From the NCBI GenBank assembly GCA_977862235.1, contig OZ374558.1, positions 1,054,001-1,118,000 on the forward strand: a DNA stretch of 64,000 nucleotides, read 5' to 3'. This DNA is from Dudresnaya verticillata (lineage: Eukaryota). Of the stretch, positions 49,019 to 61,074 are shown piece after piece. Numbering within the stretch: position 1 is the first letter of the stretch; each line of letters opens with the position of its first letter. The notes below the pieces were generated by a model. It searched no databases, was not told the origin of the DNA, and saw only the letters and a list, made by a program, of their open reading frames with translations. A program made the position numbers and the translations under genes.

Positions 49019-49860
49019 TGTGGCATAGCTGTAAGACCAGCTGCGCCACGTGTGCACCGCTGTGCGCACGCTGTCAGCCGGTGGCGCCGAAGCCCCGCTG
49101 AACTGTGAGGAAATGCGCTGTGGCGCCCGCACGTGCACGTGTACGTGTGTGAAACTGAAACTCCCATGTAATTTCTACGTTTACTTTTTTGTGTAGTGTG
49201 CAGCACTGTCTAGTGTAAGCGGCGGTCGAACGCCCTGCTGTACTGCGCGCCGTGCGCACGCACTCCGGCGCAGAGCCGTTGAGTGCGTGACACGCATACG
49301 CGCACTCCGGCGTCGAGCCGTTGAGTACGTGTGGACCGTTTCGCCCACGCGCGCCCCCGGGTTACCGTTACCCATACGCGTCGACGCGTGTTGGGGCGCG
49401 CCGGCGCACCTCCCGGGTTGGTGCCGCCGCTGGCCCTGTAGTAAATCTAGTAGTCGCCGCTCTGGGCTTGAGTAAACCAGGCAAGCCAGCCTACGCCAGG
49501 CTTGAGTAAACCAGGCAAGCCAACCTACGCCAGGCTTGCCCCTTTCTGCTTTGGGTTTCTTTCCCAGTCTTTCGCGCTACGGCTTCCCTCTTTCCCTAGC
49601 CGCCTAGGCTTTCATTTTCCTTTCCCTACCGCCGGCTTCGTGCCGCCCCACGACGGGGACGCAGGGATCCGGCCGCTGCCGCCCGCGTACGGTACGCCCC
49701 GTGCGCGCTCAGGCTTCGACGCCGTTGATCCGCGACCGTCGACGGCGCGCGCGGCCGACTCCACCGCTCTACCACCACCGCTACCACCCTTCGACGTGTC
49801 TGGGTGAGACTACGAGACCAGCCGCGCTAGACGTCAGTTCGACCTGACGTCTATGCCACA
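49019..49860 (+). mobile_element. 842-bp solo LTR (family B), opposite orientation
   Basis: TGTGGCATAG/CTATGCCACA ends; inverted homology to 47459-48232; internal 34-bp tandem duplication at 49467-49534; no TSD match. Confidence 0.82.
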
Positions 49861-51013
49861 GACCTCCCCAACTGAGCTCCGACTTGCCCTCGCTGTCTGC
49901 AACGAATGGGCAAATTCGTCGGAATGCAGTGGTCGGTAGAAAACGGATCGAACATAATACCCAAGAGACACAGGGGAAGGCCGGCGAGGACATTGTTCCA
50001 CATTGATAAGAAGTGAATCCAGAATCACAAAGCAATGCGGTACCTCGGCGTTGACATTTATCCAACTGGAGTGGAGAGCTAAATAACCCTGGAAAGGTTA
50101 GGTGCAGCGAGAGATATGGTAACGTCACGAATATAAAGTGGGTTCCTGTCATGATCCGTTCCTGCTCATGCTGCCCAATTTGTGTATAACGCCTTAGCCC
50201 GCCGGGTGTACGAGCGCTCTATTACCCTCGTACTTCTGGACCCCCGGATCCTCATTTTGCTCGACCAACTGGATTCACACTTCTTCCGTATTTGTATTGC
50301 GCAGCTGTAGTCCTGAATCTCAACGCGGAGAATCGCCAGAACCCAAGCTTTGCTCAGATTCCTTCCCCAGCTGCTTAGAAAAGTGGTAGTACAAACCAAA
50401 TGGACCACCACACTCTCTAAGCTTCCCGAAGCTATCTTCCATCAGCTTGGCATGCCAAGGAAACTATACGTGCTGTAACGCAGTACGGATAAAGAGAGCC
50501 ACTAGCGTACACGGTTGTTGGTAAAGGAAATAGAAAGAGAAAAGCGGGAAGGCTAGGTTGGAGGCTAGATCACCGAGGGTTGTTGGGAGTTCCGCTCCTC
50601 TGTGCTGACGCCCGCGGGCTGCCTTTATTTGGTAAAAATCAAAGTGTGAGCTGTGCTGCTCAGGTCGTACGGCCCGCGCTATTTTGTGGACTCACGATCG
50701 CAGCCTCCGCCCTGGCTCGGGAAGATCCAGGCTGCCGCGGCTAGTCGCGCACTGCCGCCGTCGCGTCTGCCAGCGAAAACGGATGGAGCGTCGAATTGTA
50801 CAATACAGTCCTGTACCCGGGCAGGGTACCCTGCAGATATCCAATCAGATAGAGAGGCATGTCCAGGCACTGTTGTGCTGCACAGAGGAGGTACCATACA
50901 CTGTGAAGTGCACAGCGTTGCCTGTGCTGGAATGGTCCGAGTACAGGTAGTACTCGTTCTCGACAGGCTCCCTAGCTCGGATTGAACCTGACCGCACTGC
51001 CCCAGTGCGGAAC

Positions 51014-51514
51014 AATGAGCCACAGCAGAAGTGCTGGCGCACTGTAAGTCATGTGTGCGTATTAAGGTGTAAGACGCCCACTCGTATCAAGCTGTAAGGC
51101 GCGCACAAGTGCCGTGCGCCGTAAGGACGATGCGCCCCGCTGGAGTCCTTGCTGGCACCAAATTTGATGGCGAATTGCTATTGGGCAATTTATTGTGGCT
51201 GCTCATGCGGCCCGACGTGGTACTACAACTAATCCGTATTTATAACTGACAACAGTACTATTAGATCAATAATTACAGCTCGAATAGCTTAGAATAGCTC
51301 ATAGGAGGTAAGAGCAATTCCGGCTCTGCCATACTTAATAGGCCCCTGAGTAGCCGGGGCCTCCTGAATAGAACCCTACGGTGGGTTTGGGTCTTTTTCC
51401 CTTTTCTGGAATTCACGGACTCACCGTACCTTTCTCCCTTTCAGGCGCTCTACGAGCCTATTCCCCGCACGAAGGAAGCTCTGCGCGAGCTGGATAGCGC
51501 CGCCCTTCCCTTTT
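51014..51514 (+). repeat. LTR-like repeat family D, left part
   Basis: Colinear with 20620-20668 + 22703-23150. Confidence 0.8.
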
Positions 51515-51798
51515 CGTGTCAGTATCTTTGATCACTTTGTAATGCCCCGACCGCATTGTACTGCCCCACGTATCAGCGACGCGTGACCATCACGTTCAGT
51601 CAGAGAGTTCCGCAGACTCTCTGTGACCGCACTTGTGCGCTAAGTCACTCGACACTACATGTACAAAAGGGGGCAGTGCTGCGTCGACACCCAGCGAGCC
51701 TGGGTAGTCATCCGTTTCTCATCACAAGAAACGTTTTCCCCGTGCTAAGCAGCGCGGAGGTTTGACACAGTTCTTCCGTTTCGGTCCCGCCGGGCGGA

Positions 51799-52914
51799 AT
51801 GTCAGGAGCATCACCCATTAGCCCGGACGCACCGGAAACGCAAGACAACCAGACCTTGCCCGCTCTCGACGCCGCTACAAGTGCGGCGATTTCGGCTTTG
51901 ATCGCCGAGCAACTTAAGGACGCTATTCAGTCCTTTCGGGCTGATAACGGGACCGCGGCCGCAGACTCGGGCCCAAACACGCCAGGGCCGGCTCCGGGAG
52001 GCTCCGGAGCGCCCCCGCTCCCCCAACAGATCGAGGGGTAGCAGGACCCGCCTCAGACGCCGCCGCCCCAGCTGGTGGCCTCGTTGGACACCCTCCGCCA
52101 GACGGAAGCAGCCCCGATCCTACTCCGCCTCAGGGTGGCGGGCCCGGAACTGCAACGCCAGCCGGCGACGAAGAGCCACACCAGCAAGAAGAAATTCAAT
52201 CTGAAGAAGAAGACAGGCCCGCTTTTGACGACGACGGCGCATCCGGGTCCCAAGCCTTCACATCCGCCCGGTACGAAGAGCGGAGAGGCCAGTACATCCC
52301 CGCTCGGTTCGAGATACCGCGTCGCTTTGAAGACTCCTTCCCGGTCGGGTTCACTGCTGAGACATTCGAACTTTCGCACCTTCGGGGGTCAGTCCATCAG
52401 CCCCGGGCGGGAAAGCGAGGCCAACCAGCTCTACATTACCGCCGTATACCTCTGCCAGATTTCGAACGACCTCGCCGAAATCGCTGAAGACCTCGCCGCA
52501 ATTTGGAATCGTTCCCCGTCGGGGACATATCCTGAAGCTCTTCGCAACGCTACCTTCCGCCTCTCCGACGCACAATTCAGCGCCTTTGGAGTCTACGAGC
52601 TCAGCGCCTCGAAGTACGAGGTTCTTTGTGGACGACAGGGCGCAGCCGGCGTCGCTGATCCCGAGTTACTGTCGGCCTATATTGACCCGCCGGCCGCTTT
52701 CAGCGACGCCGGCCGACAGACTTTCCGACGGCAGCAAGTGCAGGCTATTAAATACGCCGCCCAAGCCGCCGGCCGTCGACGTGGAAATCCGACGCGTGCT
52801 CCGGTTCGCGGAGGGGGAGCCACTGCCCCCGCTAACCCCCCTGCCGCTTCCGGACGAGGCGGCAGAGGTCGTGGACGAGGACGCGGAAGAGGCCGCCGAG
52901 CAGGGACCAAATAA
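51799..52914 (+). pseudogene. gag-like ORF1 of the second YR element
   Basis: ATG at 51799, stop at 52039, RGG-rich C-terminus ending just before RT; called by position. Confidence 0.55.
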
Positions 52915-52922
52915 TTTGGAGA

Positions 52923-54560
52923 ATGCCGGCATTAGCCCCTCCGTCGGTGAGGGTGGGCAGGTCGTACACCGCGTGGGAAGCGATTGGAGCCACGCCTTGG
53001 CTGGTTCGACAACTCAGGTTCGGCCTGCAGCTTCCGTGGACGAAAGAGGTACCGTACCGTCAACCACGCCCGTACCCGCTCCTTCCTCGAGACGCGTGCT
53101 TCGCCGACGCGGAAATTTCACGCTGGATCAAGAACGGCTTTGCGCGGAAGGCGACCGCCTCAGAGGTGAGGAAGCTTACGCGCGGGAGCCGGATTTTCCC
53201 CTCGTTCGTAGCACAAACGGCAGGGAAGAATCGCCTCGTGGTGGACTACAAACGGGCCAACGATTGCATGGAGCCCCGGACTTTTCGCATGGATCAGCTC
53301 ACAGACCTGGTTTCGGTTCTGATCAAGGGGGACTGCATGTTCAAGGCAGATATCAAAGATGCCTACTATCATCTGCGCTTGCGAAAGGAGGACGGCATGA
53401 GGTTAGCATTCTTCGTCGGGGGTTGTGTCTACATCCCCCTGTGCCTCAACTGCGGCCTTGCGGTCGCACCGTGGTTCTTTACCAAGGCCATGGCCCCAGT
53501 CGTAGACTATCTACGGCGTCTCGGGCACCGAGTCTTTGCATACCTAGACGACGTTTTCGGCGCAGCCAAGCCGCATCGCAACGGGGCGCCGACGGGGCCG
53601 CAAGAGACCGCTCAGCTAGGCATGGTAATGAGGCTTCTGTTCGACAAATTGGGCCTCACGCTTCACCCTCGCAAGTTCTTCTTCGCGGGCCACCCACGCC
53701 TCGAGGTCCTGGGCATAGTCGTCGACACCGAGGCCCAGCGCTTCCTGCTTTCGCCGGCCAAGATGCGGAAGATCGAGATCGCAGCGTCTCGCTTGCTCCA
53801 CTACGCCTCACAGCACCGCCGCCACGTCAAGCGCAAGGACGTCGAGCGCTTCGCGGGACTGGCGAACGCAAGCAGCCCAGCCGTCGTGGACTGCCGGCTG
53901 CGGTTGCGCGAGCTGTTCACCGCTCTGTCGTCGGCGTCACCGGTGTCAATACCCGTCACGGTCACACCCCCTCCAGAGGCCCCAGGAACCAAGCTGTCAC
54001 GCGTGATGTCACGGCGCGTCACGTCACTGCCGGCGCCCCGTCGCGACCCACGACTGTCGCACGCTGCTCTCAGGGACCTGCAGTGGTGGGGACGCCTCTC
54101 GGCCAACCCCTTCGTGGGGCGCACGATCTGGCCCTCTCCAGACGCCTGTCTATTCACGGACGCCAGCATGTCGGGCTGGGGCGCAGCGTGGCAAGGCGAG
54201 GTGCCTGCGTCAGGCTTCTTTACAGCGGCGGAAGAGGGTTCGCATATCAACGAGCTCGAGCTGAGCGCAGCGTTACTCGGGTTGCAGGAATTTCTCAAAT
54301 TCGCTCGCCATCGTCACGTCCAGATCGTCAGATGTCACCGCTCATATCGTCCGCAATTACACGAGCCGCCAGTCGTCAGATTCCCTCGTCACCGCTCATA
54401 TCGTCCGCAATTACACGAGCCGCTCGCCTCAGCTCCCGGCCAAGCTCCGACTCCTCTGCCGCCTTTGCGAACGGAACGGCATAACCCTCTCCACGCGCCA
54501 CCTCCCCTCGGTTCTCAACTGCTGGGCGGACCGTCTATCTCGCCGCCACGACAGCTTCGC
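52923..54560 (+). pseudogene. DIRS-type RT + RNase H
   Basis: KNRLVVDY, FKADIKDAYYH, FAYLDDVF, VLGIVVDT, LFTDASMSGWGA, HINELEL; RNaseH frame broken by a tandem duplication at ~54325-54425. Confidence 0.92.
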
Positions 54561-54899
54561 CTTGGGGCTTCCTACCGATGCGCGCTTGCTACTGTAACGC
54601 CGCTTCGCTATGCCGCTCGCCGTTGTCGATGGAAACGCGTTGCCAGGACGCCTACCGTCACCCCCGATCATCCCCGTCGCGGTTCCTCGCCCGGCCCTCC
54701 TCGGCGTCTGGTCCCGGCTGCTCGCCACGCGTGGGGGCGTGCTCGTGGCTCCTCGTTGGCCGCGGCAGCAGTGGTACCAAACCGCGGCCGCTCTGGCCCC
54801 CCGGGTTCCCTTGGGGCTGCAGCTCACCCCTCCGTGGCCGACCGTTGGTTTCAGGTTCGCCGGGCTGCCCAGCGCCGCTGGCAGGCAGACGGTACGGAT

Positions 54900-56677
54900 G
54901 CCGCGACACGCCTTTTAGGGTCGCGCACCGGCGCCTCGCAAGCTGCACGCCTACTTGGGCATAACCTCGCCTCAAGTACACAGGCGGCCTACCAGCGCCT
55001 TTGGGAATCATTTACGACTTACTGCCGTATCGACTCCGCGTCCCGCTCCCAGCTACTGTGGCGCAAATCGCCTTCACGCTCTGCTGAAGAATTCTTCATA
55101 ATGCCGCCACCCGCGGCTCACGCGACTGCGGACGACGGACGCATAGCGGCCGGTTCCTGCGGATCAACCGCTGCGCGGATGATTGAGCTCAGAGCCAATT
55201 GCTATAATAAGCTCTGGCACCACGCGCATACGACAGCAATGACACTGGGGAAGTGCCCCTCTAAGGCGCCCGGCCTGACAGTGCCCGGCGCCCTCTCCAG
55301 CAAGGATGGCCCCGCAAGACGACAACGCGTACACGTGCACACGTGCGCCCCCTTGGCGCACACTGTCAAGCCACACTACCAATAGCCTGACAGTTGATAT
55401 TTTAGTAGATAATTATAGCTTTGCGCGCGCCACGTAATGCCAAGTGGCGCGCCCCCCTTCCACTACCTTAATCCGCCACCAAGGCGCACCCGCCTCCTGC
55501 ATAGTATATTAGGGCCCTGAGGCGCGCCCTCATACAATAAACAGCTAAGCTTGGGCCCAGCGAGACGTACCCTCCTACCCTATCGACTCTCTCTCTAGGC
55601 TGGACTCCAGTACCTACGCTACCCTTCTTCATCGTACAGAATCCTGTTTTCTCTTATTTTTCCTTTGTTTTCTCTTCCTTTCTAGGGTAACCCCCTTTCT
55701 CGGTCTTGTAGTGTTTTACAGTCGCACTACGGGGCTACTCCCCTGCTCTACCGCTACTACCTCACCTGCTACCTCCAGGCCCCCGAACCGCCTGAGGTGC
55801 ATCCTCCATTCTACCGAGTGGATTGCACCACAGCTACCCCTGCGACGGTGGTTTGCTACCTTGGATACCTTTAAAGTAAGAGTACTGTACGGGGGGCTCA
55901 TTACGCCCCTACATCGCAGCAATTGGAACTCAGCATCACCGCTTGGGCTCCCGCGACCCGACAAAGGATCCGCTCGTCTCCTCCGCCAGGCGTGGATACC
56001 TGTCGAATGATGCTGCACGCTCTGGAGGCCCACCGCTCCGCTCTGCTCCTCTTCCTGCCGCTTGCGCAGAAGCAGCCCTCCGCCGCGCCCTTGCCGTTCC
56101 CCAGGACACTCTGTCCTTATAACGGTGGGGCATCGTCGCTCTTGGTTTTGTAATGTGCTCGAGGCCTACTAGTCTGCGCCTGCTGCGCCGCCGTGATGTG
56201 CAACTCGGCCGCTCGGAGGTCACGATTCAGATGGTGACTTTCAAGTATGGGGAGAGCGGATCCGCCCCGCACATCGCGATCCGCATTCCCCTGGTTGCCC
56301 CGGTCCCCGCTGATCCCATCTACCGCCTGCTGCATCACCTCCTGCAGGCTGCCCCGTCACCTGATTCCTACCTCTTCCCTGGCCTTGGCCCTGCCCCCGC
56401 TCCGATATCTGCCGCGGACCTGCGCGCTGTTATCGCCGCGCTCGTTGCGGGTCGCCGTGCACCCGCGGGCACGAAATGTACTGCGCGGTCGCTCTGTAAC
56501 GGCGGTATTCCCGCCGCCTACGCTGTCGGCGTCCGCCTCGCTACGGTAATGCGCCTCTCCAACCATTCGAGCGCGGATGTTGTCCATCGCCACTACTTGG
56601 ATGCGCTACTTCCGGCTTCGCCGGCTGCACGCCTCTTCTTCAGTCATTTCACTACACCCGTTGCTGCCCAGCGGTGA
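54900..56677 (+). pseudogene. Tyrosine recombinase, interrupted by a solo LTR and with degenerate catalytic motifs
   Basis: LASSTQAAYQRLWESFTTYC + (after insert) PATPATVVCYLGYL; CSRPTSL; CTARSLCNGG (HSLR degenerate); SNHSS..VVHRHY. Confidence 0.82.
55057..55832 (+). mobile_element. 776-bp solo LTR inside the YR gene
   Basis: TGTGGCGCAA...TTGCACCACA; perfect TSD GCTAC (55052-55056, 55833-55837). Confidence 0.92.
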
Positions 56678-56740
56678 CGCGCTGAGCGCGTCGTTGCTGG
56701 ACAGTCTCGCCGTTTGGCAATCCACGCGCGGGCATCGTTA

Positions 56741-56860
56741 CCCCTTTTTCCTAGGCGTTGTGCCTTTTCCCAAGTCTCTACCAACACCCCTTTTTCCTCC
56801 GAGCTACCGAATCTAGTGTTAGCCATAGGACAGGTGGCCTGGTTGTTTCCGTTCTACCTG
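56741..56860 (+). repeat. LTR-like repeat family D, right part
   Basis: Matches 23153-23270 (CCTAGGC..GTG.CTTTTCCCAAGTCTCTACCAA...CCTGGTTGTTTC..GTTCTACC). Confidence 0.75.
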
Positions 56861-59643
56861 GCCCCGTGGCCGTTCTACCACACCCAGGCTCCCTGTTCCG
56901 GGAGTACCCCCAGGCGAGCTATGCTGCTTGGGTGTTACAGTGCCTTGCGGACTCTTCAGGAGATGGAACAAACCCTAGCACCCACGCCGTATCATGTCAT
57001 CCAGGTGCGAGTCCTCACCGAATGGAAGTCGTCCGTTTCAGGCCGGTTGCCTGCTCCGGTCCACGATGCATCGTCTCTACCCCCGCGCTCAGACTTTCTA
57101 ACCACCGTGACCATAAGCTTGCGGTTTGGTGGCATCTTGGCACCGTTCTAATTCCACCCTGCTTCGCAGTCACACGTTCAGAACTTAGTGAACCAGCGGC
57201 AGTCCTTCAAATATTGTCACACCCCGCGAACAGCCCCTGAGGCCCTACGGTCGCCCCGGATGCCTTCGGAAGCGCCTGCGAAAGTTCTGCGCTCTTTCAC
57301 AGATGGAAAGCAGGACACTGCGGCAGCAAACACTGCAGAATAAATTCCTTGCATATCTACCTCGGCTGACAAGGGTTCCCGGCCCCAGTGTATCTTGGGA
57401 GGCCCAGAAGACACCCGAGGCCCTCACCAATATTCCTGCCCCTTCTCTCCAATGCGTCTTGCAGTTTCTGACTACTGTAAGGAGTAGAAAGTTGCGCTTG
57501 CGGGTTGCCGCCCTGCACCTGTGCCACGCCCAAACGCCCTTCCCCCGCAGTATTCCTTCCTGACTACCACAATCGACTCCTTGCCATCCGTCGACACCAT
57601 TGCACCTTCCCTATCCCACCGCAAAGCCCGTTGCACAGCGCGGCCCTCCGCTCGAACTCACCGGCCTTGCTCACGTTGTCAGAGGCCAACCCGGCCACTG
57701 TTGATATTGAAGCTATCTCGATCACGATCCGTGCCACTCGCGATCTCTGCGCGAGTGCTTTCCCATCCCCCGGACCCTGTCGCCCCGCGCTCCCACTCTC
57801 CGCCCCAGTATCATCCCCTGAAACGATACCAAGTAACGCTAATTCTGGCCCTCAGGGCTAGTATTCCTGCTAATGGGGCCGTGTTGCCCGCGTAGGACCA
57901 CCTTAAACAAGTCATCAAAATTTAATCACCACTACGAAGAGATGAAGACCGAACGCAAAGACAAAACGAGCGAGAGAAGTAGAGACTGTGGCCGACACGC
58001 CCTGCCTGCGGTAACACATGTAGAGTGTCGCAGGAGTGAGGAGCTCCACTTCAACACACATAGAGAAGGAGATTACAAGGAGACAAAAACGGGAGCCGAA
58101 AAGGTAGAGAAGGGCAGCAACTGAGCTGAGAGAACGAAACCCCAGTTCAGATCAAGAGAGAAATAAATTTGAGCCATCACATGAGCTCATCCGGGTCCGT
58201 TCGCAAAGAGTTCGGAATATATTTGAAGGATAGACCTGGCAGAAAACACTATGGGGACGAGGATAAGGTAAAAAGCCGTACAGTCACTTATTAAGCGCCA
58301 TTGGGAGGTAGGATATCAGAGGGAGCACGGCAGGAAGTGCGCTGGTTGGCCGCACGAGCAGAAGGACTGCAGGGAGAAACAGTGCGAAACCCGCCAGAAT
58401 CTGGACCAAAACTTTGAGTACGTGTGGCAGTGCAGAGGTGCGGAGGTGCATCTCGCATGCGGAAGATCCCTCAGACAGGGCAGATGTGCCCCCGAGAGTG
58501 ACGGAATACAGGGGTTGCGGACCCCCTGGACCAACGTGGGAATTATTGGGTATAGCAGATGTATCAGGGCAAGTGACAAGAGGGTCTCCCGGCGAGAGGG
58601 AACGACACCACTAGGTGATGGCGAAACAGGCAGGGCACGCGGATTGGAAGCAAAAGAATTTGCAGAGGACGGTGCTGCAGAAGCAGGAAGAGAAAACGGC
58701 GCAGGTGAGGACGGTGTAGCCATGAGAGTTTCCATATGGGCCGGATCGAGAACGTGAAGGAGAAGATGGAGCTGAATTTCAACACTGCGCAGCGTGTTCC
58801 TCTCCTTCTCGAATCTATTCAGACATAGTGTCTCAGTTCTAGTCCTATCTCTATTCCATAGAGGCAGGTTTGTAACCTCATAAATTACGGTTTCCCGTTC
58901 ACTGAGGTGTTGTACGTGCTTATCGTTAGTGACGGTTGAGTTTCTTTGCGACACGATCCGGGCTACCGATGTGGCTGAAGTCTCTTGGAGATCTAGGCTC
59001 AGTTTGCAACAAATGAAGAACAGCGTGAAATAGAAGTTTCTGGGCGCTAACGGGGTGACAGGTTACTGTCACTGTTTGTGTACACGGGAGCTGATTGTAC
59101 GGAGGATTTTGTGTGGGACAGAAAACCGAAGTAAGCTGTTGTTTAGACTGTAAGGAAAGGTTAGTACACAGCCCATTAAGATTTCAGCAGCCGAGAGCTA
59201 GCGGCAGCGCAGTGCTGGAACTTGTCGGGGTGAAAGTATGAGTCTTGTTCTTGGTCGCGCGCCGAAAAAGGAACTCCGCGCATTTCTGCACATTCCGACA
59301 AAATTTTGGGAACAACTTCAAACAAGAGAGAGAGAGACCTTTATTAAACAACAAGAGCTTCAAACAAGCAGTACGCCGAAATGATGCAAATAGACCATAG
59401 CCTCATACTCCACAAGGCAATCCCGAAATTTGGTCGTTAGGACCATATGGCACCCAAAACCCTCCCGCCTCTTTCCAACATTGCTTGCAGTCTTTAGCAG
59501 CGCTCCCAACAACAGCTGACCTCGATCTTCTCCCGCACACCCACACCCACGCTCTCTGTACTCAAAGCTCTCTGATACACACTCGTTTATTCTTAGCTCT
59601 CTTAGGAAAACGTTCCCTCCCCCAAGAGAAATCAGCCACAAAG

Positions 59644-61074
59644 ATGAACAGGAACATGTCGAAAGGATCCTCAGCCGCCGCTAACGAGAAGGAAGTGCAG
59701 CGACTGAATGAAGAAGAGAAGGAGATTCGCAAGGAGCTGATCGCCATAGACGACGATTCCATGCAGGAAACCCCTGTCATCTTCAAGCCCAAGTCAGATG
59801 TCAATCCCTCTTCATCGCAGCATTCAATTATCAACACCAATTCCGAAATCGCCAGCAATCCCACTTTCAAACAGAGGATTTCTGTTCCAAGGTCCAAGCC
59901 CTTGATAACTCCGATAGCAAAGAAAAAGTACGCTATCCCGAGATCTCAGCCCGTCTACAAGAAAAAATTGACTGTTTCAACCGATAAGAAGGGCTCCAAG
60001 ATCTGTTCTGGACCAACCGGAGAGGACGAGAAGGCGCAAAAAGGCCGAAAGCTGCAAGCTATTCTCCTAGAATGCGAAGTAGAGGTGCGCTACACTCTAG
60101 GAATCTTGCGCGGTACCCCGCCCATGGTTCATCGTCTCGGTCGCGGGGAACCGATGACGGGAGCTGCTTTCAGACTTACAAGGCCTCAGGACACAGAGTT
60201 TGACCTTGCACGGCTACCGTCGAGGGACAAATTCGACGGCAGCATGCGGAATCTTGTAGTTCTGGGCTTCATTCGCGAGAATTGTCGAGCTGGCAAGTAC
60301 CGCAATGAAGCAGCGTACTTGGAGGATATGAAACGATTCTGTGATAGTACGAAAAGGTTCTATCGTGTGTTTGTGCCTGAGCTTCTCACGAGGCGAAGCT
60401 ACAAAGCGATTGAACGCCATTCTGAGCTATTGCTCGAGGCGGCTATCGATGCAGTTGAGTCTCATCGCGAGGATATCGGCGGAACTCGGGCCACTTCGGA
60501 CGTTGGAAGCCGCCTCGGAAACGTTCTATCCCGTGGGAAGCAGTTTCTTGGAAAGAGAAGGCACCCCGAAAATGCCGAACAGTGCAAGAGGTTTAAGGCG
60601 GAACCGAACGGGATCCTGAAACCTATCGGCAATGATGACAAGAATCCGAAAGCACACGATGGGTTAGAAACAATTATTGAGAGGTCTGTAACGACTGCGG
60701 TAGAGAAGCTCGCTGCACAATCAGACATATTGACAAAGCAGAAGGATGCCTTGGAACGAATCCTGATAGTCCTTGGAGACAACAAAGCTTACTTGGACCA
60801 ACGTCTCCAAGGCGTTGAGAATCTTGTTAAAGATAATCAGGAGCTATGCAAGTCTTTGGGACAGAAGTTTGAGGCGTTGTCGAGTCGAGTTGATGACCTG
60901 GCCGAAAAGTTTGTGAAGCAAACTAAAGAACCCAATCTGGCAGTCGACCATTCGCATGGACAGGAGCATGGGGAACCGCATGCAGAACGTGGGCATTCGG
61001 AGAACGGATCCTCCAGTTCCGAAAGCTCGAGCGAGGGGGAAGCATCGAGTTCTTCTGAAAGCTCTGGGGAATGA
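59644..61074 (+). CDS. Intact ~476-aa protein with divergent bromodomain-like segment and C-terminal coiled coil
   Basis: Uninterrupted ORF from ATG 59644. MRNLVVLGFIRENCRAGKYRNEAAYLEDMKRFCDSTKRFY resembles bromodomain helices A-B; heptad-rich region ~60690-60920. Confidence 0.7.
   Translation: MNRNMSKGSSAAANEKEVQRLNEEEKEIRKELIAIDDDSMQETPVIFKPKSDVNPSSSQHSIINTNSEIASNPTFKQRISVPRSKPLITPIAKKKYAIPRSQPVYKKKLTVSTDKKGSKICSGPTGEDEKAQKGRKLQAILLECEVEVRYTLGILRGTPPMVHRLGRGEPMTGAAFRLTRPQDTEFDLARLPSRDKFDGSMRNLVVLGFIRENCRAGKYRNEAAYLEDMKRFCDSTKRFYRVFVPELLTRRSYKAIERHSELLLEAAIDAVESHREDIGGTRATSDVGSRLGNVLSRGKQFLGKRRHPENAEQCKRFKAEPNGILKPIGNDDKNPKAHDGLETIIERSVTTAVEKLAAQSDILTKQKDALERILIVLGDNKAYLDQRLQGVENLVKDNQELCKSLGQKFEALSSRVDDLAEKFVKQTKEPNLAVDHSHGQEHGEPHAERGHSENGSSSSESSSEGEASSSSESSGE

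Larger units (their letters stand above)
51515..56740 (+). mobile_element. Second tyrosine-recombinase retrotransposon (DIRS order)
   Basis: gag-like, RT/RNaseH, MT remnant and YR in the same order as 23933-28285; boundaries inferred from where repeat D is interrupted. Confidence 0.82.

Noticed and set aside
52586..54484. 632-aa ORF overlapping RT
   Set aside because: Alternative frame of a GC-rich RT gene with no recognisable motifs. Overlapping frames occur in DIRS elements, but I have no support for function here.
57245..58960. Several 100-200-aa ORFs on both strands
   Set aside because: No motifs and no consistent strand; cannot be supported as genes.
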